A stretch of 61,296 nt of DNA, the filler included. It is 10 parts of 10 records of this genome, joined end to end, with 100 filler letters (N's around TTAATTAATTAA, not from the genome) between each part and the next. Parts side by side here need not be neighbours in the genome. Positions count along the whole stretch, not along the records: positions 44,667 to 47,847 come from SRR15195285_561; positions 47,948 to 53,502 come from SRR15195285_565; positions 53,603 to 56,926 come from SRR15195285_569; 7 more parts are not named here. The stretch is one strand, 5' to 3'. The position numbers and the translations under genes are program-made. Shown piece by piece: positions 44,868-55,303 of the stretch (its first letter is position 1; every line of letters starts with the position of its first letter). The notes below the pieces were generated by a model. The model had not been told where the DNA came from and ran no database searches. It saw only the letters and a list, made by a program, of their open reading frames with translations.

Positions 44868-47847
44868 ATGGTGACGATGGTGCGGCTCGCGGCGAGCCTG
44901 ATGCTGGCGGCGGGCGCGGCGTCCGCACTCGACTGGGACGGTGAGATCGATCTCACAAAAACTACCAAGGAGTTCATGGGTCTGGGCGGCCTCTCCGGCG
45001 GCGGCGGCACGACGTGCGCTCACACATTAATGTAGAGATCTGCATGACGCTCGTCACGCTGCCGCGCGGGGTTGCGCCTTTGCTGTCCACCGCTTAAACT
45101 GCCGCTGCGCGTGTGGCGCAGACGGCTGCTGTACGACTACCCCGAGCCTCAGCGTGGCCAGGTGCTGGATGCGCTTTTCTCTCCGAAGAAGGGCGGCAAC
45201 GTGCAGATTCTGAAAGTCGAGTGAGGACCCTGGCCCGGCCCCCTGCGTGCCCGCCGTCATCAGCGTCGTCAACATCATCATCGCCATCATCGCATCCCTG
45301 CGTGCATGGAGGCTGACTCACGTTGGTGCGTACCACGGTGCTGCCTGGCTTGCTGCAGGATCGGGGGCGACGGTCAGTCCACCGAGGCGACGGAGGCGAG
45401 CCACATGCACACTCGCGACGACCTCAACTACGAACGCGGCTGTGAGCCCATCTCCGCCTCCCAGCCCAATGCACCTCTCGACACCTAGCTGCTGACCGTC
45501 GCCGGCGCCTCCACCCCACGCCTCCTTCGCAGACGAGTGGTGGCTCATGGAGGAGGCGAAGGCTCGGAACCCAGACATCAAGCTGTACGGCCTGTCCTGG
45601 GCAGTCCCTGGCTGGATTGGTGACGGATGCAAGGCTGAGAACTGCTCCATGAGCGAGCAGTGCGATCTATGCTCTATCCTTCCTGTAGACGCAATAACCG
45701 TATCGACCCTATTCTAGAGCAAGGCTGATCAAAGTTGCTGGCTGGATGCTGAGCTGTCCCCGTGTGGGTGGTCAATGGTGAATTGCAGGTACTATTGGGG
45801 CGATGATAACATTGAGTATCACCTCAAGTGGCTGGACGGCGCCAAGTCTGCACACAACCTGACGATTGACTACCTCGGTGAGCTACACCCATGCACACAT
45901 CCGCCAGCGTGGCTTTACCTAACCTACACACCTGCTGCGCCTTCCGCGCTATGTGACACAGGTATCTGGAATGAGCGTGCATCTGATCCCGATTGGATCG
46001 TCCGTCTGCGCAGCGCCATGGACAAGGCCGGTCACGCACACACAGCGATTGTTGCCTCTGACACAAATTATCAAGTCTGCGATGATTTTGTGAAGAACAA
46101 GACCGTATCAGACGCTATCGGTACGTGCAGGTGCAATACCAAGGACCTAAGTCAATTCTCACTATTTGTACGGAAATGCATAGTGCTGTACTCTACTGCG
46201 CTGTACTGAACTACATACGTGCGCACGCGCACACGACCACAAATGGCGTGCAGGTATCATCGGTGCGCACTACCCGATTACAAAACCCGGCGTGCAGATG
46301 CCGCCTCCACCACCAAGCTGCTACGAGATGGACAAGCCGCTCTGGACCTCCGAGGGTTGGGACCTGGGACAGGTCAATGACTGGAAAGGGGCAATCAATC
46401 TCGGTGCGCAACGCCCACGTCGCAGCGCAGTCCTGCCTACCTACCATATCATAGCACACTCGTACTTTTGCAGCAATGCTGTTGAACTACGCATACACTG
46501 TTGAGTACTGTCATTGCTTGCTTTGTGGGATTGTTGGCAGGCGCGACGATTAATTTCAACTGGATCCACGAGCAGCAGCAGGCGATGGTCGTCTGGACTG
46601 TGATCTATGCATGGTACTCTATCCTACCGTTTGCCCATCCTGACCCGAGGGATCCGGTGGGAGGGATGGGACACGGGCTTATGAGTGCAGACCAGCCATG
46701 GAGCGGTGCGCTGCGCTGCCCCTCCCTGTCCCACCCTGCTTTGGGTGGTTGGCTTGATGCCCCGGGTGGTCGCCTTCTGCAGGTCATTACCGAATCATGC
46801 CGCCTCTCTACATGCTGGCCCACACTACTCAGTTCGTCCATCCTGGGTGCAAGTACGTTGACAGCTCGGCCGTTCTTAAGGGCGGTCTGCTTGATAGCCC
46901 AGGGACTGCCGGCTACAATATGTCGGCAAGCATGGTGGCGCTCGTCTGCGAGGACGACAAAACCTTTACGTTGGTGCGGAACCACAATGCGGCAGCAGCA
47001 AATTGTGCAGCTGCCGGCCTGTCTGCCTGCCTACGTCTCTACTTGCCTCTGTGCTGACTCGGTTGCATCGGGGGTTGGAGCACAGGTTGTCGAAACCTCG
47101 GAGACAGAGCAGACAATTGACGGTAGCTTCACCATCACACCGCCAAGTTTCCATGACAGCACGGCGCCGCTGCACCTGTGGGAGACGTGCAACAATTCCT
47201 ACTTCAAGCCGAAGGACGAGCTGCTGCTGCGGGGCGCACCCACTGCTGCGGCGAATGATAGTATGCAGTACAAGGCTACGCTGAAACCGATGTGCATCTA
47301 CACCATAACCTCCTCCTCTGGGCAGTCTGCCGTGCCAGGTCCGCAGTCCTGCTCTGCACACAACGAACTGTCCGTACTACGCGCTACACCCGGTTATGCA
47401 ACATGGCTGAGTGCCCGAGTTCTGCTTGCTTGCTGCTGGCAACTGGCTGCTATGCTACTGCTTCTGCTGCTGTGGTTGCGTTTGGATAATGTGCCATCCG
47501 CAGAGCCTTCCCCCGCCATAGCGTCAAAGTCTTTCCCCTTTCCTTACTCCGATTCATTCGAAAGCTACAAGCCCGAGGCCACCGTAAAGTACTTCACAGA
47601 CCAGGGTGGGAGCTTCAACGCAGACACTGCCCCGACCGCGCCAGCAACTGCCAACGACAAGACCGAGGCGATAGCGGGGGGTATGGCGTTGCATCAGGTG
47701 GTTGATGTGCGTCCGATCGAATGGGGCCACAACCCTGATCCAATGACGATTGGCGGTGACATTACTTGGTCAGACTACACCGTCTCCGTCAAGGCGATGA
47801 TCGGATCGAAGTCCCCGCTGCCCCCCGACAGCTCCACGACCGCCAAC
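44868..47847 (+). CDS. GALC: Galactocerebrosidase (glycoside hydrolase family 59), secreted or lysosomal, many short exons, 3'-truncated
   Basis: A signal peptide precedes the spliced sequence [30 protein letters not shown]...[21 protein letters not shown]...[34 protein letters not shown] (acid/base) and PLWTSE (nucleophile) are present, along with QPWSGHY and HTTQFVHPG. Confidence 0.93.
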
Positions 47848-47947
47848 NNNNNNNNNNNNNNNNNNNNNNNNNNNNNNNNNNNNNNNNNNNNTTAATTAAT
47901 TAANNNNNNNNNNNNNNNNNNNNNNNNNNNNNNNNNNNNNNNNNNNN
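47848..47947. other. Artificial contig linker
   Basis: 44N-TTAATTAATTAA-44N. Confidence 0.99.
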
Positions 47948-48241
47948 CGCCGCTCAGGGATCCGACCCAGGCATGTTGGGGCCCGATCCCGCCCTTGGGA
48001 GTGGCCCCCAGGCGCACAGAACCGGAGCTCCCCCCGCTTGACCGCTTTTCCCCCGTCAAGACGACCCCCGTGGGGTGTCAAGACGGGGGGATTTGACTCG
48101 GGCGCCTGGTTTGCTGGGTTCTGGTGGGCCGACGGAGTTGGGGATGGAGTGAAAGGAGAGGTGGTGGGTTCACTACCTGCAGTGACCGAAACAGGGCACT
48201 GAACGTGCGGCGGCTGCTGCAAGCGACGGTTCCATCACAGG

Positions 48242-50888
48242 ATGCCGGCTGAGAGGGCAGTCAGCGACCACGAGGTCGCCGAGCAGCTAGTGCCTGAAAG
48301 TGCTGATGAGGATGAGGATGACTATGGTCAGGACGGTTTTGATGGGGTAGGTGAGGTGCAGGATGCACCGACGATGGCCTTGATGCCGGCTCCAGTTCTC
48401 ACCGGCCTCCCGCTCATGCTGTCATCAGTTCCGCTGCTGAAGAGTCTTGACCGCACAGATTTGGAGCACGTGGCATCTGTGCTGCGACCAGAGCACTTCG
48501 AGGAAGGCGTCGAAGTGATCATACAAGCCGATATCGGCGAAACGATGTACTTTGTGGAGGACGGCGCTGCAGTTGCCGAGATCGATGGCACTGTGGTGAT
48601 GCGGTACGGCCGAGGCGACTTCTTCGGCGAACTGGCGCTGGTGACGCAAACGACACGGAAGGCAACCGTGCGTGCCGTTGGATCGACAGGTCTGCGCTGC
48701 CTGTCGCTCGCGCGGGACGATTTCGACCTGCCCTATTTTTCTGACGCAATGATCTGGGAGAAAATATTCACAAGTAGTCCAGCATCACGATACGAGACAC
48801 CAGCAGCGGCACCTGCAGCGGCAGCTCCAGCAGCAGTGGACGACGATTCGCCGCGTGACCATGTGTTGTCGCCGTCGACTAGACATGTGACTCGCACGAT
48901 AAGTGCCACCTCCGACAGCTTCGCGCGGCAGATGGAGGCCGCAGGCTTGGCCACGCCTGCAGACGCCACTTCAAGCGATTCTTCGTCCGACGCCGACGGA
49001 GAAGCACGGCTCTACCAGGCGGTGAGGAGGGCAATACTTCGTGAACACGCCGACGTACGTGCACATGTGACCCACCGATTCGCAGACTGTTGGCATCTAG
49101 ACTGATTGGATGCCCGTCTGCTCGCAGCTGCATTCCGCTAGAGTAGGCACGCTGCTTGCCGGAGAGGTGACAACTGCCCAGCCAGCATCTGACGGCGGGC
49201 TGAGAATACACTGCCATGGACGTGGATGGGCGTCGGTAGCGGCAGATGATGGAACGCCGTTGCTATTGCCACTCTCGCATCAGTTGGCAAAGAGCATGCC
49301 GATCTTTGGGCGATATTATTCTGCAATTGTCCGCGTTCCAATTCGTGACAGTCCAGCAGTGTCGTCAGCGTCCCTTGGGGCGGATGCAGCCATCTTGCCT
49401 GGTGAATGCGTGCGCATTGACCGCGTGGTGTTGAACGAACTGGCATTGCCGAAGATTGCTTTACTTCATGAAGCCGAATACGAGGCCGACGCAAGCGCTG
49501 GGGCCGAGGTTGTGTCATCGACTGCTACGTGGGGCTGGGCAAGCTTTTGGTCGATCTCTGACGCCAGCCCGCTCTTTGTGATAGAGGATGAGACGCCAGA
49601 GCCAACGCGCGTGTGGGGCATTGGAGGAACCAGCAGCTGGGCGGGCACAAGTTGTCGGCCGCCTGCATGTAGACCGTCATCGCCACCGCAGTTGGACGGT
49701 AGCGGTGGTCCCACGAGCGTAGATGCCGACGGTCAGATTATCTTTGGCTACCACGAGCCGCGGACGGTGACACGTGCAGCACTGGCGATGCAAGCCGTCG
49801 GCAAGTCGGCTACAAAAGAGCAGATGAAATTGAAAATGGCGATCGATGCCTCGGCCGAAATTCTGCAGCTGTTACCATCAGTGAGCCACAACCAGAGCGG
49901 TACTACAACGCTGGATGGTACTGCACCCGAAACGGTAGCGACTCACGGCAGCCCGTGGCGAGAACAAAGTTTCATAGCGAACCCAGATCGACATTCTGAT
50001 TTGGTAGATGAGCTGGAACGACCTTGCACAGTGTCATTCGTGCGAGGGCATGTCAGCATGGACGATCTAAGCTACGTCCGTCAGACTTTTGCCAAGCCGT
50101 CAAACCTCCTAGCAACATTTGGCAGTCACGACGACAGCAACAGCAGCGATGGCAGCGAGAATATTGACAGTGCTCTCGACAGAGGAGAGTCTAGCTCTCC
50201 TAGCGACGCCATTGCTGGCTTTAGGCCAGACATAGAAGGAGGAGCAGAGAGTGAGTACAGCAGAGTTGGCGGGAGTGGATATAGCATGTCCAACTGCGCG
50301 CTCCACTCGCCATCTTCCTGGGTGCATATTGACGTTAGCGGCGCGATTAGACACGATGAGAACTGGGCGAATCTAGGTGACAGCCGCCAAAATAGACTAG
50401 ACACACAAGGTGATCCAGCTTCCACAGAGCGAACCGAGCGTGAGGGTGAACAGGCTGCGGCGCGAGGCCGGAGGGCATTGTCGGTGGCTCTCCCTCCTCC
50501 TCCGAACGCGTCTGCCCGCGCACTACCAGGCAGGCCAGGATTGTCATCGTTTTCGTCGACGGGCGGCTGGAGCATGTACGGGTTCGACCCAGAAGTGGAG
50601 GCGTTCCTCGAACCGCTTGAGCAGGCGCTACCAAAATTGCGCAAAGCTTGCCAGATTGCACGAATGGACGATACGAAGCTTGCGGAGCTGGAGGGGTTGC
50701 GGCGACATTGGTGCTTGGACGAGGGTGATGCCGACGTGCAGGACGCAGCATCACACCCGTTTCTACGCTGGCTGCAGAGACTTGGCGTGGGCGGGATCGA
50801 TCAGACCTTGGCGGTATGCGCTGCGCTGCGGCAGGTGTATCAGGAGCGCTGGGAACGGCAAGCAGCAGAAAACGAGGTAGCTGGTTAG
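48242..50888 (+). CDS. Cyclic-nucleotide-binding domain protein with SH3b-like repeats; exons 48242-49054 and 49128-50888
   Basis: The cNMP domain reads LSSVPLLKSL...IIQADIGETMYFVEDG...GDFFGELALV..TRKATVRA. A phase-0 73-nt intron (gtacgt..cgcag) joins YQAVRRAILREHAD to LHSARVGTLLAGE...RGWASV..DG. Confidence 0.75.
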
Positions 50889-51753
50889 CGGTAGAGAATG
50901 CTTCGAGGCAGGCTGCTGTACTGAGGTGAGCATAGCCGATGCTTTGTAGAGTCTAACGTAAAATTACAATCTTGTCAGCACGGGCATGGAATGTCGAAGC
51001 TTCGCGGCAAAGCGCTAATGCGCCTGCGGCGTTCTGGGCGGGCCAGCATCGGTACCACCTGGTGCGCACTTGCAGTGCGTGTCAAAGCACACCATGCAGT
51101 GCACCGCCGGGCCGCCATCAGGGCTCCACTGCTGCTCAGCGACATGTATCCCTCCTAGATCTGTTGCCACCGTGGCCCCTTCAGCTGTGCGCGTACTTCT
51201 TGTTCTCTTTTTCGACCTGTCGCTATATGATTCTTCGTGGCACGGCGCTTTTTCCTGTGGTACTTTGTCGCGCGAAGATTAGCATACCACTGCCAGCACC
51301 CGTGGGCATACTAGGTCTAGACACACAATTTTGATGCTCATGCATTGCTCGGATGACGCACAAGAGGTAAACTAACGGCGCTTAAAGTTCAGACTGCTTT
51401 GGATCTGCAGCTGGGTTGGCGCCTTCACAGGAGAAAGCCTTGCTAATTCTGGTGCCGCAATCATCGTGCTGGCAAGCGCTGGCAGCATTCAAGCAAGCCT
51501 GAGAGACAAGTCTGCTTGAAAGTATTGCAAGTGAGAGACACAGACTAGATTGCTGCGTCAACGAAAGCCACGCTACAATTCAAGATGGCACCAATGCGCA
51601 AGATTCCTCGCCAATCTACTTATCCGCACGCGTCGATAGAACTCAGCGTAGCAGGTGTCGAGGTGCATCGCAAATGCCCTGTAGCCACACTTCCCAGCAA
51701 CCTACTATTGCGCTACGAGCTACGCAAAATGATGCGCATATCTTACTAGGAAG

Positions 51754-53178
51754 CTACTCTCCCGTAGACTCCACAGAAGCGGCAGCAATCAGCCCTTGCC
51801 GCTCCTCGTCCACCTCACCCATTCCAAGTTCATGAGCATCCTTACTCGAAGGTGCTGTGTAGACCGGTTGCAATACTAGCGCTAGATAGCATCCGAGTAA
51901 GCAGGTCACCAGCACGAGGCAGACGGCAGGGAAACACTGCGCTCCATAGATTCGAAATAGCTCGCCAATCAAATACGGCAATGTCACCTGTCCTACAGAC
52001 GCACCAGCGATGCAAAAGGAAGCCCGTCGCCCTGTGAATGGCATTCGCGAAGTTGCCAACGCCACAGTTGAGGCGAAGACAGACGCGAGAGAGAGTCCGA
52101 TGCCTACGGCACAGATGAGCATCTGGGTCGGGCCGCTGGCTACTACCAGGAAGAATGCACACGACAGCAGCGCTCCGACCATATCCGCACCAATCATCTG
52201 GCCCGGCGATAGGACCAGCGCCAGAGGGACTGCGAGCAGCCTTCCTAATGTGAGCGCGCCCCAGTAGGTGGAGGTCGCGATCGCTGCACCCCTATCGTCT
52301 GTAATGTCCATATCAACCAAGAAGGTTGCCAGCCACGAGCCATAGCCCGCCTCAATACCAACATAGAAAAGCCAGATGCCGAATGCAGCTGCAGTTGGCA
52401 CAAGGTACGCCCCGTCGTCCTTGTGAGCACCTACAGCATTCCGGTCTGCTGTATCCGTCTGTTGACCCCGCGACACAGATTCCGCCGTCTGCTGCTTCGC
52501 TTGCAGGGCGAGCTCGCGCTCAGCAATGCATGCGGGATGGCGTTGGACTGGTGATGGCAGCAGCACAGGCAGAGTGGCGCAGACCAGTCCAGCTGCTGCA
52601 ATCACGCAGAAACTTGCCGGAGCCGAGAAGAAGGTCAGGAGCACAGGTGAGCTCATGGAGCCCACGCCCCAGCAGAAATGCAGGAAGTTCATCCACGACA
52701 TCACGTTGCCACCCTTCCACGTCAACATGATCAGCAGACTCGAGCCCGTATCCACGAACCCCATGCAGACGCCGATGGGTACCCATAGCGCAAACATGGC
52801 CTCTCGGGCGTGCAGCATGGGCAACACTGCCAGCTGAGCGGCCAGCAAGGCTGTGGCCAGAGAGTACATTCTGTGCTGGTGCGTCACCACGTCCCAGGCC
52901 AGACCCACCAGCAGCGTGCCAGTCAGGAAGCCGGCCGACCGGAAAAAGAACTGCGGGGCCAGTGCTGTCGCGGCACCTGCGCCGACGCGGGTTGCGAGCG
53001 CGCCGAGTGACGGCCCAATGATGCCAGACTGCAGGCCGAGGAACCAGATGGTGGCGTAGTATGTGAGGCTGCTGCGGATTTGCCACTGCCGGAGTGATGA
53101 GGGATCATCATCCAGCCCAACTTCATGATCAGAGCAGGAGGCAACAGCAGCGTCACTCACCCGTCTGCTATCTACCAT
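51754..53178 (-). CDS. MFS transporter, MFSD4/FucP-like (sugar transporter type), intronless
   Basis: About 12 TM segments, with GIIGPSLGAL, GFVDTG, MNFLHFCWGVGSMSSP, FYVGIEAGYGSWLATF and STYWGALTLGRLLA. Confidence 0.88.
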   Translation of the reverse strand: MVDSRRVSDAAVASCSDHEVGLDDDPSSLRQWQIRSSLTYYATIWFLGLQSGIIGPSLGALATRVGAGAATALAPQFFFRSAGFLTGTLLVGLAWDVVTHQHRMYSLATALLAAQLAVLPMLHAREAMFALWVPIGVCMGFVDTGSSLLIMLTWKGGNVMSWMNFLHFCWGVGSMSSPVLLTFFSAPASFCVIAAAGLVCATLPVLLPSPVQRHPACIAERELALQAKQQTAESVSRGQQTDTADRNAVGAHKDDGAYLVPTAAAFGIWLFYVGIEAGYGSWLATFLVDMDITDDRGAAIATSTYWGALTLGRLLAVPLALVLSPGQMIGADMVGALLSCAFFLVVASGPTQMLICAVGIGLSLASVFASTVALATSRMPFTGRRASFCIAGASVGQVTLPYLIGELFRIYGAQCFPAVCLVLVTCLLGCYLALVLQPVYTAPSSKDAHELGMGEVDEERQGLIAAASVESTGE

Positions 53179-53502
53179 GGCTGCCACGACTAATCCGGCA
53201 TCGGTGGGTGCGCTCTTCGGCACGCCCTCCAAGCACGGCCGGCAGCCCGCGCCAGGTCCACCATATCGTATAGGTATACCGCACACCTCGACGATTGTAC
53301 GATACCCGGCGCGCGGACGATGGCGAAAATGGGACCCCATGCACCTACCGGTTGGTCACTCGAGTCAGCAGTCACTGAAATCGGCCGCGCGGGCCGGCGC
53401 CGGGCGGTGCATGTGTTACGACCGAAGAGCTCTCATGACCGAGGGCCAAACTGCAGCTGGAACGTTTGCTCCCGGAGGCCGAAATCGGCCTCACGAGTCC
53501 GA

Positions 53503-53602
53503 NNNNNNNNNNNNNNNNNNNNNNNNNNNNNNNNNNNNNNNNNNNNTTAATTAATTAANNNNNNNNNNNNNNNNNNNNNNNNNNNNNNNNNNNNNNNNNN
53601 NN
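53503..53602. other. Artificial contig linker
   Basis: 44N-TTAATTAATTAA-44N. Confidence 0.99.
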
Positions 53603-53842
53603 CTGCCAATTCGAAATATCTACCTTTCGGCACGAGAGCAGCACGAGAGCAGCACTACTGTAGAGGATTCACAACCCTCAACCGCCGATTCACTGATTTC
53701 AATCCCAGTCAATTCAAATGGACAGGCTGGCCGCCGCCGGTGGTCACTCTGGTCCGGGCAGGGATCGGGTGCTGCTTGGGGTTGAAGAAGGCGCTGCCAC
53801 TCGGCGTGCTGGGCGTTGTTCTCGCGCTGAGAGCGGCTCGTG

Positions 53843-55126
53843 ATGGCGAAGGTACTCGTGGTGGGCGGCGGTGGGCGAGAGATGGCGCAGGCCTGCACCA
53901 TCGCGAAGTCGCCGAGTGTGGAGGCGGTGTACTGCGCTCCTGGGAATGCGGGGACGGCGACGGCGCCGAAGTGTTCCAACGTCGCGATCAAGGACTCCGC
54001 GATTGAGGAGCTGGTGGCGTTCGCGAAGGAGACCGGGATCACGCTCGTAGCCGTCGGCCCGGAGGCGCCACTGGTCGCTGGGATCGCCGATGCGATGGCC
54101 GAGGCCGGCATCCCGTGCTTTGGTCCGACGAAGCTCGCGAGCCGACTCGAGGCATCGAAGGCTTACAGCAAGGAGTTCTTCATGCGGAACAACCTGCCGA
54201 CGGCGCGCTACCAGACATTCACCGACGTCGCGGCCGCCAAGGCGCACGTGGAGGCGATCGACTACCCTGTTGTGGTGAAGGCCTCAGGCCTCGCGGCAGG
54301 CAAGGGTGTGCTCATCCCCACCACCAAGGAGGAGACTCTCGCCGCGCTCGACACGGTCATGGTCGAGAAGGCCTTCGGCAGCGCTGGCGACGAGTGTGTT
54401 GTCGAGGAGTGCCTGGTCGGCCCGGAGTGCTCTGTGCTGGCGTTCTGCGACGGTAAGACCGCAGTCTGCATGCCCGGCGCGCAGGACCATAAGCGCGCCT
54501 TCGACGGCGACGACGGGCCGAACACCGGCGGCATGGGCGCGTATGCTCCGTGCCCGTGCTTGACTCCCGAGCTTGTGCCGGTTGTCGACGACATCATCAA
54601 GCGTACCGTCACCGCGCTGGCGGCAGAAGGATCTCCATACATCGGCGTGCTGTTCGCTGGCTTCATGCTCACGGAAACTGGGCCCCAGCTATTAGAGTAC
54701 AACTGCCGCATGGGGGATCCAGAGACGCAGGCCGTCCTTCCGCTGCTCAAGTCTGACCTATACGAAATCATGCTCGCGTGCACAAAGGGGACGCTTGGGG
54801 AGCAGACAGTGGAGTGGGCCACTGACAGCGCCGCGACAGTCGTCATGGCTGCAAAGGGCTACCCTGGTTCCTACCCGAAAGGTCTGGCCATCTCCGGTTT
54901 GGACGCGGCGGCGGCGAAGGATGAGGCCATCACGGTGTTTCATGCCGGCACAAAGCTGGAGGGCGATGGCGTCGTAACGTCAGGCGGTCGTGTGCTCGCC
55001 GTGACAGGGGTGGGACCGACCCTAAAGGACGCGGTGGCTAAGGCGTACTTGGGTGTAGAGGAGATCAGCTTTGCTGATGATGGTGCGCAGTACAGAAAGG
55101 ACATCGCGTATCAAGCACTGCTGTGA
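53843..55126 (+). CDS. purD: Phosphoribosylamine--glycine ligase (GAR synthetase), monofunctional
   Basis: Motifs VLVVGGGGRE, APGNAG, VGPEAPL..GIAD, LEASK, VVKASGLAAGKGV, QDHKR..DGD.GPNTGGMGAY, EYNCR.GDPETQ, FHAGT, GGRVL and YRKDIA. Confidence 0.98.
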   Translation: MAKVLVVGGGGREMAQACTIAKSPSVEAVYCAPGNAGTATAPKCSNVAIKDSAIEELVAFAKETGITLVAVGPEAPLVAGIADAMAEAGIPCFGPTKLASRLEASKAYSKEFFMRNNLPTARYQTFTDVAAAKAHVEAIDYPVVVKASGLAAGKGVLIPTTKEETLAALDTVMVEKAFGSAGDECVVEECLVGPECSVLAFCDGKTAVCMPGAQDHKRAFDGDDGPNTGGMGAYAPCPCLTPELVPVVDDIIKRTVTALAAEGSPYIGVLFAGFMLTETGPQLLEYNCRMGDPETQAVLPLLKSDLYEIMLACTKGTLGEQTVEWATDSAATVVMAAKGYPGSYPKGLAISGLDAAAAKDEAITVFHAGTKLEGDGVVTSGGRVLAVTGVGPTLKDAVAKAYLGVEEISFADDGAQYRKDIAYQALL

Positions 55127-55153
55127 ACGCGGATATCGACTGCCTTGGATACG

Positions 55154-55209
55154 GTAGGGCAGCGCAGTTCAGACAGAGGCCGTAGGGCAGCGCAGTTCAG
55201 ACAGAGGCC
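55154..55209. repeat. Perfect 28-bp tandem duplication between the convergent 3' ends of purD and larC
   Basis: gtagggcagcgcagttcagacagaggcc occurs twice in tandem. Confidence 0.9.
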
Positions 55210-55303
55210 GTGTACTGCAATCAAACGTGTCGTTCTTCAAAACCAATTCATAATCGGTTCGATTGGCGCACAGCATGCGCACGTGAAGTGGGTGTCTGGT
55301 CGT

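Noticed and set aside
47948-48110. Short GTCAAGACG repeats at a contig start, possibly a transposon end
   Set aside because: There are only two exact copies, with no matching other end and no transposase in the window.
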